A stretch of DNA of 64,000 nucleotides from Phoronis australis (Eukaryota; Animalia; Phoronida). How positions within the stretch are numbered: position 1 is the stretch's first letter; every line of letters starts with the position of its first letter. The stretch lies in NCBI GenBank assembly GCA_002633005.1, contig NMRA01000323.1, forward strand, positions 330,817 to 394,816, read 5' to 3'. The position numbers were made by a program, and so were the translations under genes. Positions 27,915-41,909 of the stretch are shown here, in pieces. Under the pieces are notes generated by a model that made no database searches, had not been told where the DNA came from, and saw only the letters and a list, made by a program, of their open reading frames with translations.

Positions 27915-30473
27915 TTGCATTTCTGAAAATAATAATCAAATCTCACTTGAGCAAAATTGCAAAGTCTCTAAATATATGCACAGAACTGCTAGTTATTTAA
28001 ATAATTTCTATCAATTATTTTTAGACTGTGATGCACTCATAATAAATAAAACTTTATTCAACAATTGTGAAACGGTAGTGTAAGGCCAAATTTCACGAAA
28101 CGAACCCTTGATCTCAACAAATTAGCGAAGTGCACACGTTAAGTTCACGAAAATGACATTTCTTCTTTACTTACTCATTAAACATGAAAATCCTCAAAAA
28201 AGCTAGGCCTATCCTTTGGTTGATATTCGTATCAATCGGAATGTGCAACTGAAATTCTTTCACGAAGGAGAAAGTAGCCCTTTAAGAGAATGCGTTTCCG
28301 GGGAACTATTTTACGGTATGTCAGGTTGCCACGTCAAAGATTGGGTGGTGAAGCTCGAAACTGCGTTTTTGGTAAAAATACGTGGATTCGTTTCTTTTTC
28401 AGAAGCGTATGCACTCCGTCACAACTTTGAATAAACGTTAAAGATCCACGCATGGGTACTCAGATCTAGCCAAAATCACAAACTTCAAACGGAAATAGCT
28501 TTGGTGAATCTCGGCGTTAAAGCAATCAGTAAACCCCATTCAGTCAATTGTTTTATCACGGGTAATTGGAATCGTTAAGTCGCAGTATTTCAAAATAAAA
28601 TAAATACAAAGACTTCCAACCTAAAAACATGAACCAAAACAACTGTTTCCAAAGATGACGCTGCATGAACTTTCAAGAACAGGTAACAGAAAAAATCAGA
28701 TAAGAGGTGTCGAAAACTCTCTTAGAGTGAGCAAATCATGCCGATGTAAAGGCGAGCACTTTTCTTCCGAAATTTTAGATCCGGATCTGAAGCACCCCTA
28801 AACCTTTAATTTCCTACAAAAATGCCAGACAAAGTTCTAACTAAGGAGAAGCAGGTTAGAGCTTAGGCCCTACATAATGCAGTTAAGGAAAGTTAGCTTA
28901 TTGTATTTCAGAGCTTGGAGTTTTTGTTTTGACTAAGGCAACTTCAAAAAAATACACATGCTACTGAAAGATGTAGGGATTACTTTCTTTAATAAAAATT
29001 CAAACTATTTGTGCGCTGTGGCTATGCTCTCTATGACTAACATGATTACTTTCTATTACNCCGGGTTCGACCCCTTCCTAGGTTTCCCGCCAAATCGATA
29101 TCTCACTAGTGAGATAACTTTATGGGTTATTACACGTTTTGTATTTGCCATTTGACGCTAATGTTGTGGTATAATAAATTATATCAATGAATTAGACATT
29201 TACGCGTTTTTATAAGCAATACCATGTGTTTCACAGAGACACTCGTCATTACGATTTTCTGGTTGTACTAGTCAAATTTCTCTGGGCTCTGATTTATTAT
29301 TCTGCTAATGGGGGGCATGGCATATTGGTGCTCTCTAGAGTAATGAGAGCACGATTTAGATTTGATGGACAGGAATTCAATTACTGCATAGTTTATCGTT
29401 CAGAAAATGCATATGCTATCGTTATAGTCAATTTTTAAGTACTTACCACTCTCAACTAGTAAACTACGGTTTCCACAACGAAGCCTCGAGGTGATTTATT
29501 TGACCTGTTAAAAGAAATGGTTGCAAATAACAGGGACGGATCCAGGATTTTGAGTTAGGGGTGGCCAAGGTAGAGTATTAGTCAGGATTTTGCCCGTCAG
29601 ACATTCGCATCCCCGAACTGCCAAATGGAATCTGGCAAAATTTTAGTTGGGGCCATGGCCCCCTTGTCCCCCTCTAAATCAGCCTCTGAATAAAACAAAG
29701 ATGAAGTTGTAGGAGAAAAAATTGAGTGCCCTCCTCCCATAAGTATTATACTGAAATTAACACGTGGTTAAGTCTGGGTTATTTTAACTATCGTGTAGGC
29801 TTCAATATTTTAATTGCGGCCTGGTTATAGCGTAGCATTGAAAACTATCGTAGTTTGATGCCATTGAATCAGTGGAGAAAACTGGCTCTCAAAATGTCGG
29901 ACTAATATTGTCAATTCCATCCTCGTATACCATAGGCGGATTTATTAGGGGCCCAGGGGGCCACCCCCTCCCCTTGGCTGCCGGAAGCAAAATGAAACAA
30001 CAGCAGCTTAAAGCGTGAGAAAATATTGAGTTCAGCAACTAGGCGGGCTAGGACGGAATCGTGTATTCCCTTTTTATTTTTTTAGTCCACCGATAGATTT
30101 CCTGAACAAAAGGTCCACATCCCCGGCCCCCACAACTTTCTAGCAGCCTGTGTACATACAAGCTCGCTTTGCCCAATTCCCCGAGGCAACCTGTTGCCCC
30201 TCCCGTTATGGTATCCTAGGTCCACCACTGTATACAATGCCCTCCTGTAAATGCCTTTATTGACCTCGTGTTGTTTGCTCAAGGTCTTTTGTAGGAGAAT
30301 TTTGTGCTTGAACTTTTGGGTTTTTCCGATAAATATTTCTTTTCTTAAGAGCGCAGTTTTCTGTGCTTCGTTTCTTCATTTCCAATCATAACTGTCACTA
30401 ATGGCCTGTTGTTAGGGCTGTACCAGTGATTACGCTCGTTTCTGTTGAGCTGTTCAAACATTCTTTCCACAAG

Positions 30474-30941
30474 TGCTGAAATCTCGAGTATGAGGATGAT
30501 TCTGAGTACGGAGATTAGAGACCGGGCCCAGGACCCGGTCTCCAATCTCCGTACTCAGACTCGAATCATGCTCAAACTCACACTTCATACTCAACTCGAG
30601 TACAGACTCAGCTTTGGTGTATTCAATGTCACACTCGGAAAATCTGAACTCGAAATTTCGAGCACGTACTCTGTTTTCGAGTGTACTCGAACTGAAGTGT
30701 ATCTCATCTATATTTTGAGTACGATTTTGAGTAAAAATTCGGAGTCTATGCTCAATTTTCAGGTTTGGTATTGCAGTGTGCTTGAAATCGTACTCGAAAA
30801 TAAATACGAGCCAGAGAACAAAATATCGAAACGGAACCAAGAAACACAGCAAATCTAAAAAATAAGTCCTCTTATCGTACCTCAGCACTTCAATTTCAGT
30901 TCAGAGATACTAGTTTTCATCTTAAATCTTCTTATTCTTCA
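30474..30941. mobile_element. Hairpin-containing repeat insertion found only in duplication unit 2
   Basis: Absent at the matching site in unit 1 (23350). 26-bp stem at 30501-30559 with one mismatch; many ACTCGA/GTACTC motifs; ends at an N gap. Confidence 0.55.
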
Positions 30942-30942
30942 N

Positions 30943-31796
30943 TAAACCCAACAAATGTGGCTGTTACATGGTTGCAGCCGCCATTTTTTTCGATGGGAAT
31001 CCCGCATCGAGGACATTTCCGGCGCTTTTCCGGATCGCCTTGCAGCCACGCGTTCAAGTACTCCTCTTCTTTCGCCACTTTGTATTCTTCGCAAGAAAGG
31101 CCCACGTGGAATGGCACGTGGCACGAGGAGCAAACTGCAGTCTGAAAACAATCGCAGTTGAATTTGGCGGTGGTTTGCGACACCTTGTAGACATTCGGAC
31201 AGTCAGGTGTTTGACAAAAGCGGTATTAGGATTTTTCGCGTTGTACGAGGGCAGATACGGCAGCTTCTTTGACGCGTTTTAGCAAAGTGTGTTGAAGTTT
31301 TTCAAATGTTATCAGATCTCGCCTTACCAGTGTCATATTGCACCCCTCTTTGGCGCAGACGATGGGAAATGCCTTGGTATCTACAGAACTTCCAACCATG
31401 TTAAGACCGCATTCTTTGCAGTAGGGATGGCCGCAAAACTCGAGGCGCTGAAGGTCATCTTTCTCTATAGGGACCAGCAGACAGCACAGTCAACTGATGC
31501 TTCAACAGTCACGAGCGTCTAGGGCATGGTTGAAGCCACATCTTTCACGTCAGACAACACCTTTGCTTTGCTCTGCATTCCTCGGACCCATAGACACGCA
31601 AAGAGCGCACTTCCATGACCAACTCAACGCGTTCTGCGCCACATTTGGACCTGAGTGCGTCGAAGTCTATTCAGTATCTTCTGATGAGTTCTTTCAGTAG
31701 GCCACGAGGCATTTCTTTTGAACACATACATGTACAGATGTCACAATAATCATGGGCTGCGTATGAGGACAAAAAGTCGTCGATTGCAACTCTCAC
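30943..31796 (-). pseudogene. Disabled RBR terminal exon of DEAH-RBR paralog B, proximal copy 2 (cut by the N gap at 30942)
   Basis: Acceptor at 31797-31798, then 41 open codons and TGA at 31671-31673. Further lesions: CAAAG duplication 31561-31570, TAG 31519-31521, 1-nt deletion ~31470, TAA 31226-31228, 16-nt deletion ~30962. Confidence 0.9.
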
Positions 31797-34700
31797 CTGC
31801 AACACGTACTGCGAGAGAAAATATATACGTAAAATCATAATCAACTACACGTGTGTGTGTGTGTGTGTGTGTGTGCGTGCGTGCGTGCGTGTGCGTGCGT
31901 GCGTGCGTGTGTGCGTGTGTTTGCATTTCTGAAAATAATAATCAAATCTCACTTGAGCAAAATTGCAAAGTCTCTAAATATATGCACAGAACTGCTAGTT
32001 ATTGAAATAATTTCTATCAATTATTTTTAGACTGTGATGCACTCATAATAAATAAAACTTTATTCAACAATTGTGAAACGGTAGTGTAAGGCCAAATTTC
32101 ACGAAACGAACCCTTGATCTCAACAAATTAGCAAAGTGCACACGTTAAGTTCACGAAAATGACATTTCTTCTTTACTTACTCATTAAACATGAAAATCCT
32201 CAAGAAATCTAGGCCTATCCTTTGGTTGATATTCGTATCAATCGGAATGTGCAACTGAAATTCTTTCACGAAGGAGAAAGTAGCCCTTTAAGAGAATGCG
32301 TTTCCGGGGAACTATTTTACGGTATGTCAGGTTGCCACGTCAAAAATTGGGTGGTGAAGCTCAAAACTGCGTTTTTGGTAAAAATACGTGGATTCGTTTC
32401 TTTTTCAGAAGCGTATGCACTCCGGCACAACATTGAATAAACGTTAAAGATCCACGCATGGGTACTCAGATCTAGCCGAAATCACAAACTTCAAACGGAA
32501 ATAGCTTTGGTGAATCTCGGCGTTAAAGCAATCAGTAAACCCCATTCAGTCAATTGTTTTATCACGGGTAATTGGAATCGTTAAATCGCAGTATTTCAAA
32601 ATAAAATAAATACAAAGACTTCCAACCCAAAAACATTAACCAAAACAACTGTTTCCAAAGATGACGCTGCATAAACTTTCAAGAACAGGTAACAGAAAAA
32701 ATCAGATAAGAGATGTCGAAAACTCTCTTAGAGTGAGCAAATCATGCCGATGTAAAGGCGAGCACTTTTCTTCCGAAATTTTAGATCCGGATCTGAAGCA
32801 CCCCTAAAACTTTAATTTCCTACAAAAATTGGGAAAATAGATTCTTTTCATAGAACTGCCGCTAATCCTAAAGGTACGTTTCGCCCTGCTTAGCTAACTA
32901 AATAGAAACTCAAATTAATTCATTACTCTCATAACACCGGTCTCATAATATTCCTTGCCGTGATTTTTCCTTTACCAAAAAGAAAATGGAAATCACTAAC
33001 GACTTAAAGAAACTTCAAATTTTACTGCTGTAGGCCAACCATTAAATTACAAATTCGAAAATGGCGTATGTACACATTGCCTGTGATTTGAGTTGGTAAC
33101 AGAAATAGAAACTTAACGCAGTAACAAAAATTATAAGAGAAATTTTGTTGAAGTAAAAAGTCGTAATTCGATTTTTGCTTTTTAGCAAGTTAAATTATGT
33201 GACAAGCAACTTTAGCTAAAATAAGTGGCCTTACATCGCGCTTAACGGATTGACTTCCATAAATAACCACTGTAAGGTCTAGCGTGTCATTCAGGATGTA
33301 GGTTCGTTTAGAAGACATCATCTTTTTCAAAAAGGTCCGAGATTGTTCAGAAAACAACCTTTTGAGCAGATCGTGTTTCGAGCACTCTATGACCTCTCCT
33401 TCGACAATTGCTTGCAACATCGTTTTTGCTGTTTGGACACTATCAACATCTGCACCTTCGATGTGAACTCTGTAGCGACTTCCTTTATTCGTAGGCTTCC
33501 AGTTCATTATCACCTTCAACTTCTCTTCAACAGCAGTTTTTGCAGCCGCAATTTCATTCTCCAAAATGCTAAATGCATTTGCTGTGACAAATACAGCAGT
33601 GGACAATTTAGGTTTTGCACGAACTGTCTGTCCCCCAATTGTAGACTGACCGTCGATGTGCTGAATGGCGCACAAGCCATCTGCAACGTCATTGAAGTTT
33701 ACACCAATGCGAAAATCAAAATGTTGTGGATTTGGCAGAGTGCCATAAATTTCAAAACCTGATGAAGCGAATGGTTTGATCAGTTGATGTAGACTCTGTT
33801 TCATTTCTTCAAACGATTCCTTCGTTGTAGTGACATTTTTATTTTTCCTTTTGAGGGAAAGGTTTCCAGACACATAAGATGTCTTTAATATATTCTGAAA
33901 GTCTTCTTCCGTTGCGTTGGGCGGAATACCTGAGATGAATATTTCATCTTCTTTGTTCTTGGAGGGCAAGAATTTTACTGTCCTACCACTCATGTTGATA
34001 GTACTAGGCAAGCGCGACGATGCTTGAATGCGTGTCTCAAGGCTGTCAAACTTGATGAAACCAATCCCGGACAAAGGCCGTCGACACCAACTAAAATGAA
34101 CAGTAAACTGTTCAACTTGGGAGTTCACTGTGCTTCTAGTAGGCGCAAGCTTGGATGTTTGCTTTCTCGCTTCTATAAGTTGTCCTTGAGTTTCCTTCAC
34201 TGCTCTTTCAGCGTCTTGAGGGTCACAAAATACAACCTTTCCCCACGTAGAGTTTGCCTTTTTGCCGTAAAACCTCACAATTTCCTCAACTTTTCCGAAA
34301 GAAGAAAATACAGACGACATCTCCTCCATCGTGTAATTTGAACACGTACTTATTATCAAGGTTTTGTGTTCGCCTGAAGTTAAGATGTATCGACATTCAC
34401 CTCCTAAACCTATAACTGCTCTCGTTTGACTGTCTCTGTCATTTATAGGCTCTTCAAAACTCTCAGTCATCAATTTCTGCCGCTCAGTTTCAAGACGCTT
34501 TTCAACAAGGCTCCTCGCAAATGCGTGATGGCTCTCAGCAATGAATATCTTAATAAAACCACCTAAATTCCCAGCTTCCGTTTCAACAGCTACCATTTTG
34601 GTTTCACATTCGTCCTGAAGTTTTGTCTCCAGTTCTTTGACTGATCTGTACATTGGTCCTCTAAATACCCCCATGAGGTGAGGACCTACATCTGAGATAA

Positions 34701-37700
34701 CGACTGGTTCGATTTTTCTGGCTTTCATCTCTTCAATGTCAAGTTGAACCGACTTTTCATTGGCAAATTCTTTAACCCATTCCTCCTTGACAGGAGTCAC
34801 ATTAAGAGCGAAGTCTCTCGATGTCTTCAGCACTTGTTCGTAAACTATCCAATCTGGCAAAACACCTTGTGTTCTTAAGCAGGACGATGGATGGATGTGC
34901 ACAAGCTGATGCAGACGTGCTATGTTATAGCCGATTCTTTCGTTTCCGCTAAAAATACTCAGGTTTGCCGCATAACTTTTGAATATTAGTTTAGCCAATG
35001 TTTCGCCGCAGTTTGGAGAGTCGCTGAACACTTGATCTAAATCGATACCAACTTCACGGTTCAGAGTGTGGTGCATTTCTTTGATAGTTTCAGCTGCAAT
35101 GCGCATTGATTTGGCGTTAATGCTGTTTTTTAAACACCATTTATTCTTGTCATTCGTAGGAACCACGAACCACTCACGGTAAACATTCAACAGTGACAAC
35201 AAGTCACCGTTTTTATCACCAAACTGTGCCTTCAGTACGTCGGCCTTGTTTTTGTCTTCATCAGTCCCAGGCCCTCGAAAGTATACACTTCCTGCAACAG
35301 TTGAAAACGATGCAATGACAAGAGCCTCAAACCCGATGCCATGGTCAATACCTTCAAAGAGTAACCGACCAAGTCTCGGTTCCAGCGGCAGTTTAACCAT
35401 CTTCTTGCCGAGTTCAGTGATTTTGCCATCTCGAACGGCTCCTAGCTGTTGCAAGTTTTTCTGTGCTTCTTTAAGAGAAACGAACGAGGGTGATTCCACA
35501 AACTGGAAGGAAAGAGGGTCTTCTATGCCAAGCTCAAATAACGACAGCAATGCCTGTCCCAGGTGAACTCGTAATATTTCAGGTGGAGAACTTGTTCTCA
35601 TCTCATGAAATGTTTGTTCTGTATAAAGTCTGAAGCATTTACCAGGTTCTGTCCGCCCAGCACGGCCCTTTCGTTGTTCAGCAGAACTTTGATTTATCAA
35701 AACTATGTCCAGAGAGCTCATATTTCTTTTTGCATCATACGTCTTCTCTTTGACGTAACCAGTGTCGACAACGTACTTGATACCTGGTATCGTGATTGAG
35801 GTTTCAGCACTGTTAGTGGCAAACACGACTTTTCTGACGCCTGACTCTCTATCAAAAACCTTTTTTTGGTCGTCTGGTTGTAGTTTGCCGTGGAGCGGCA
35901 AGCACTTAAATCGCCCTTCAAGAGCTGGCAACTGCTTCTGTAGAAGATCACAGGCCTTCTCAGTTTCCTGAGGGGTAGTCAGAAATACCAGCACGTCTCC
36001 AGGTGGTTCCGACAGGCATACCTGTTTCGTTTTCTTTACGGCTTCTGATATATAATCGCTGACTGGTTCTTCATTATGCCAAATTACTTCTACAGGAAAT
36101 ATTCTCCCGGGAACTTTTACAACTGGCGTGGTACATGGGAAGTATCTGACAAACACATCTGGATTGATAGTAGCAGACGTTATGATCACCTTCAAATCTT
36201 CGCGTGACGCCAGACATTTCTTTACCATCCCCAACAAGAGGTCTGTAAATATACTGCGTTCGTGGGCTTCGTCGATGATGATGCAGGAATAGGCCGATAG
36301 TAATCTATCCCTCATACATTCATTCAACAATGAATGATCGGTCATATAAATGATCTTCGTGTTTGCGCTTCTTTTGCTTTTCATGCCGGCCTTGTATCCA
36401 ACCTCTTCCCCAACGCGACAATCCATTTCACTGGACACGCGATCAGCCAAACTCACAGCTGCTACTTTGCGTGGTTGTGTGCACGCTATCATCTTGTCTT
36501 TTGCCAAACCGTCGTCGTACAAATATTGCGCCATTTGGGTACTTTTTCCCGATCCAGTTTCAGCCATCACAATGGTTACACTATGATTCTTGATTGTTTT
36601 TAGTACTTCGCTTCGTTCGGCATACATTGGCAATGCATCTGCTAGCTTGTTGCACTCCCGGGCAAATCGGCTACGCAGTTGCTTAAGTTGTTGTGTTTGT
36701 TCCGCAGGAAGTTTGCGCAGACAGGTGAGTAACTTGTTGATAATTGTCAGATACTCTTCTTTCTGCTGTTCAAGCTCTTTCTTTTTGCTTCGAAGCGCTG
36801 CACGGCATTCGTAATTTTCGAACGTATCCTCAGCAACCTGAGCAATTTCTTCATCGACGAGTTTTATTTTTGCATCATGCTTGCTCACGGTTTCATTCTT
36901 CATTTGCTCCCATTTTCTTTCCACAGTTTCACATATATTGTCTTCTTTCTTCCGAAGCCTCCCAGCCATTTTTGGAAACCTTTCGATGTTTACATCCTGT
37001 ACAACCTGGCATGCGCGACTCTGTTCGCGAAGTTTTACTTCAACACCAATTTTACGCGCTAGAGTGACCTGAAGATCGTTTCCGGGGCAGCTTTTTAAAT
37101 ACTCTTCAGTTCTGTCCCGATCACAGGCAGCTTTCTCTTGTGTGAATTTTTTGACGAAATGGCATCGATCTTTTCCTTCAAAGAAGTCTCTTGTGTTTGC
37201 AAAATCATACTTGTCTGCTTTCGGTGGTTCATTACGCTTCAGAAGATGGTCCTCGCGTTTTTTAGAGAATGAATTGTTTGCTCTTGCTGCTTGGTTATCA
37301 CAACTTTCATTCTCAACCAGATGACGCGTTGTGGTTTTCTTGACTTCGCACCTCGGTTGAATAATGTCCTTGGTGAAAAGGTGATTAGGGAATGAACCGG
37401 GATTTTGGGGTGTCAATTCGGCCGTTTTCATTACGTGCGGCATTCTTGTATGAAGTTTCCTTGTCGAAAGACCTGCTTTAAGAGAAAAAAGATAGATAAC
37501 TTTTATTCAACGTTACATTGCGAAATACATGTACTAACAGGGATACGAATAATATTCAATAAAGACAAATAGACATGTTAACATGTTCAACGTATTACTC
37601 TGACCACACTGTAAGTAGGTAAAAACTTGCTAAACGTAATGTACGGTTGGCTTATTACCAAATGATCAAAACTTCTCGCAGTGACGCAATATGACGCAAA

Positions 37701-40700
37701 ATGGCTTTTTCAAGAACATTTATCACGGAGGTGGCAGTGTGGCCTGGTGAGATAGGCGCCCGGTTTCTTTACTCGAGGTCGTGGGTTCCAGTCCCACAGG
37801 GTCACACTGCTAAACCCTTTAGTCAGCTTTCTAGCTCCTCATCTCGGTTTAAACTATGTATTAATAAAGCATAAAAATAGTTCCAGGTGATTAGTTCAAT
37901 GGGCCTACATGCGCGTCCTGCGCACGTCTGGTACAGCGTGTGCCAGACCGCCCGCAGCTGTTTTTTATAGTAATATACATTTATCATTTGACAACGTTTT
38001 GTTAAGGCATTGCTAGGTCTATCTAAATAGTCCAATACACCCAAAATAACAACAATTCGGTTTGCATGACACAAATCCTACCCAAACATTTAGGGTTTTG
38101 TTACCCCAACGCTTAACAGAGCCTTCTTCAACCAGACTGTGACTAACCAGTCATACTCGTTCCTTAGCGGGAACCTGAAGAAAATCTATTTCTCTATTTT
38201 CTCTTATAATGCCTCGATTTTACTCAAAGACGGCTATAATATTTACTTTTTGATTTTAAGAACAGTCCTGCTGGTCTTTTCCCTATATATTTTTCGTTTT
38301 TTACTTTGAAATTCGTACGCTTAACAGGCGTGTTGGTTTACGTCTGCAATTATATCAACCAGCATGTTCATCCAAGCCCAAGTATAGCGAGTAGCTCCTT
38401 TCAATCCGTGATGGCGCCATCAAGACTTTGATGTGCCGAGGACTTCGCTGGATACTCTGGAGTAAACGGTACACACTTTCTCGTCCTTTCTCGTGCAAAT
38501 CTTGTTAGCGTAAGATGTGCCCAATGTGAGGGGAACGTTTTAAGAGCGAAACGATAATGTCACGTGCACGTGAATCTGTGCCATTTTGTGCATTATGAAT
38601 ATAGAACAGGTGCTTTATTTCGTGGCAATACAAAAGCGCTTGACCTTCTAAACTTATGAGAGCATCCTACGGACTCGAACCGACAGCAACTAGTATGTGA
38701 TTCAATAACACTTGAATTACAGAATATTTGCTACATGTACCAACACACATGAATTCGATTGAACGCAAAACCCTATGGACAAGATTGTGCTCTCAGTCAA
38801 ATATCTATAAAACGTGTAATTTAAATGTTTTCTGAAACCCGAAAACCTACAGAAAACGATGATCGTCACTTTGTACCAACATCAGGCAAATCTTGGGTTA
38901 ACAAGATTTGCACTCAAATGGACGAAAAAGCGTGCACCGTTTACCCACAGAGTATCCAACGAAGTCCTCGGCAGACCAAAGGCTTGATGGCGTCGTCACA
39001 GACTGAAGTGAGCTACCTGTACATGTAGTTATTATTCATGATCTTGGCTGAACATTTTGGATGAGATAGTTGCTGTCGTAAACCAACAGGCCTGTTTACT
39101 GTACGAGTTTCAAAGTAAAGAAATCAACTATAAATAAGGCAAAAGACTAACAGGATTGTTTTTTGAAACTGAAAAGTAAATATTTTCAAAATCGAGGCAT
39201 TTTATGACAAATTAGCAGATCGTTTTCATCAGTTTCGAGGCAAATCAACGAGCATTAGTTTGTGAATCGATTATGACGGGTCAGTCACAGTCTGACTTAG
39301 GCTTTCTTAGGCGTTGACGGCAACAAAACCCCAAATGTTAGCATAAGATTTGTCTCGTGATGCTGCTGCTGATTGGCAGACACGCACCTGTACACGCAAA
39401 AAACACCCACCTCACCAACAAATGAATCTTAGGCACGTAAAGAGCAAGTTGCTACCTACAAGTGTTTTATTGCGGAAAGTAGTCAAAATTAAAAGTTGGT
39501 TTCTTGGAAGCCGGGAACGCCGGTTTACAGCCCTTTTAGCAATTGGATTGCTAAATTTTGTAAAAATACAGTCAAATACAAGTGCTGGGACTGAAGTGCG
39601 CGCACTTACGGTACAAATAATTGTTAGCATGTGAAAACAGTAGAGTGTTGTTGCTACATTACCATTGAAGCTATGGACTTGTGTGTTTTCAGCTAGCGAC
39701 GAGAGCGCACCAGCATGCCCACGTTTCCAAATGTCTTCGTTGTTCCCCCGGTCGAATTGTCGAATACGCTGTTTCACACTCAGTTGATTTTCATTTCGAT
39801 TTGCTTGGAGACAATCGCTGTCAGTCACGGAGTGCGACGAGGAGGGGTCTGCGCCACGTTCTTTGGTATGTGTGGTCTGCGCTGGCCGCGCTCGAAACAT
39901 AGACGTCAAACGGTCGTTCTCAAATTCCTGTTTGGGAAACGCATTGGGTGCCGGTGTTCGGTCTCTACTTCCACGATTGCCGATTCTTTGCAAACGCTGT
40001 TAACATAAACGTGAACAACGATTGTTTTAGTCCGCACAAGACAGCTTAACCTACAGCGTAGAGCACGTTTACACCTGGGTTGAATAACGAGGCTTTTCTG
40101 AAGGGCATGTCACACACTGGTCAAGGACTTCTTTTATCAAACGTTGCATGCACCAAGTCAAAAAATTTTCGATGCCACTCGGCTTACCACAAAATCCAAC
40201 TGCTGGTGGTTTGGTAATTGCCACCCAGAAGACTTTAATGAGGAATATATTATCGCAATATTTAAAAAGCGTTGTTTAGGTTGTAAAAGTCACATTTTTT
40301 GTCCAATTTTGAATATTCAGAAAATTAATCGCGTGTGCTTTGCATGAACTATTCAGATACGGTATTAACAAATTTTCAGAACGAAACTTTGAAAATACTC
40401 TTGTCGCCCCCAATGTACGTGTGTAATGACAGCTATTATCTAGAGAACATCAGCAGCATATGAGACGATTGGACTAACCACAACAGCATGGTGTCTTTGA
40501 ACTACAGTGCGGTACGTATTCCGGTCAAGTTGCCTAATCTCGACCGGTTTGGGTGTCAACATAGAATTCTTTTCATTTAACTAAAATGTAGGTGCCTCAA
40601 TGCGATGTGTTTTTAGTAAGACTGAAGCTTCAACTAATCTCAGATTTCTCATGGTCTATATTCACACTTAACGACCTCCAACAGACACATGAACCACTGG

Positions 40701-41909
40701 ATTCCTTGCCGGAACTGAAAATCGTGATTGCTTTATAGCCGAGACAGGGCGTATGGCATTTTTCATATAGACCCCGGACAAAAAGAGATATACAGCCTAT
40801 ACACGTGAATTAGGCGCACACTTGGTGGAATTTTTACTTTGAATTTTGCTCTAAGATTAAAACACAACTTGGACATCGTTGTACAGTAGCAAGGGGGGCC
40901 TGGGGTTTAACCCTGCCAGAACTTATTAAGGAGTGCTAACGAGTGAGCCCGGTTATTCAAAGGAAGCAGGCAGGTTGACACTGGGTATCTTCACATAAGC
41001 AGTCACTGACAAAACTCTGGTCAATCTCTCCCTGGCGTTTGACACATCACGGAATGGATTTGCGTCAGTTGTTCGGTATCTTCGCATGGCGTAGCACCTC
41101 GATCATGTACCAGTGAGATGCCATCATGATTTCTTCGTAGCAAGATCATTATCCACAGAAATACAATAGCACCAATTCTACCTTATAGAGAGTCAGTGTC
41201 TTTTGGCTTACGGGAGATACCCTGTACTCAATACCGTATGAATACACAGACACTGTAATGTAGGTGTGGTTTTACATGGGATCTGGAATCTAGGTGGAAA
41301 AGTAATCCATTGGCAACTCATTAACACGCCGGTCAATTTTGTTAAGAACGGGGTAGGGGGCGCAGTTTTCAATTCTGTGTTGCGGATCGTTAGTTCAAGC
41401 ATTCAAGCAGGCGGTGGGGGACTCAATAATTAATCAGCTAGTGAAACTATAACAAAGGTTTGAGACCATTCTGGTCACCCGTATCATTGAGAAGAGAAAG
41501 CCGTTCACCAGGGCCAGAAACTAGAACAAAACACCGCAAGAGTGGCTCAACAAGGCCATTCCTGTACTTTTAGTACCTTCATCAAGTTTCATTTTCTCAC
41601 ACGTGGGATATTGCCATAGTTTGATTAATAATGGTGGCGATGCTGACAGTGTTCAGTGTACATGTATGCCTGTTGGATTTAGAAGGATGCTACAGCATTT
41701 GTGAGTCTCACCCCCGACTTAATTAGTTCTAGCCCGAAATGCACTTAACCCTTGTTCTTGAAACACGTCAAAGCAATGCAGAGGTTTGAACGGAACATCT
41801 CAAGAAATGAACAAAGTAAAAAAACATTTCAAAGCTCGTTTCGTTTGTGCTATAGGTCTGCACATAAACATGCACGACCTTTCCCGTCTTTCTTTACCTG
41901 ATTGTCCAT
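31671..41909 (-). CDS. DEAH-box helicase/RRM/KH-like protein, paralog B (RBR-less, ~1569 aa if spliced as modelled)
   Basis: Exons 41898-41909 (MDNQ), 39663-39996, 33235-37472 and 31671-31796 are phase-consistent. Motifs GSGKST, TQPRKVAA, DEAH, SAT, LHG and QRKGRAGR are intact, followed by HA2/OB-fold and RRM-like segments. Confidence 0.8.
33235..37472 (-). CDS. 4.2-kb helicase exon of DEAH-RBR paralog B
   Basis: Lies within the stop-free ORF 33190-37443. Acceptor ttttttctcttaaagcag; donor GAT/gtaagg at the same position as in paralog A. Confidence 0.92.
37734..37860 (+). mobile_element. tRNA-derived SINE-like remnant
   Basis: A-box-like gtggcctggtg and B-box-like gggttccagtccc at tRNA-like spacing, followed by non-tRNA sequence. 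Confidence 0.45.
38065..39360. repeat. Long degenerate inverted repeat (arms ~38065-38521 and ~38884-39360) in a paralog B intron
   Basis: For example, the reverse complement of 38410-38520 matches 38885-38990 (aacaagatttgcac..accgtttac..cagagtatcca.cgaagtcctcggca). The outer ends also pair. Confidence 0.8.

Larger units (their letters stand above)
21858..32829. repeat. Tandem segmental duplication (unit 1 21858-28823; unit 2 28822-32829)
   Basis: 21858-23350 matches 28822-30473, and 26939-28823 matches 30943-32829, at high identity. The junction at 28822-28823 has a 2-bp AT microhomology. Unit 2 contains N gaps. Confidence 0.9.

Noticed and set aside
30445-30888. Overlapping 137/144-aa ORFs
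   Set aside because: Arise from a palindromic repeat insertion; no protein-like features.
33343-37324. Numerous plus-strand ORFs (also 48532-54638)
   Set aside because: Antisense shadows of the helicase and RBR exons.
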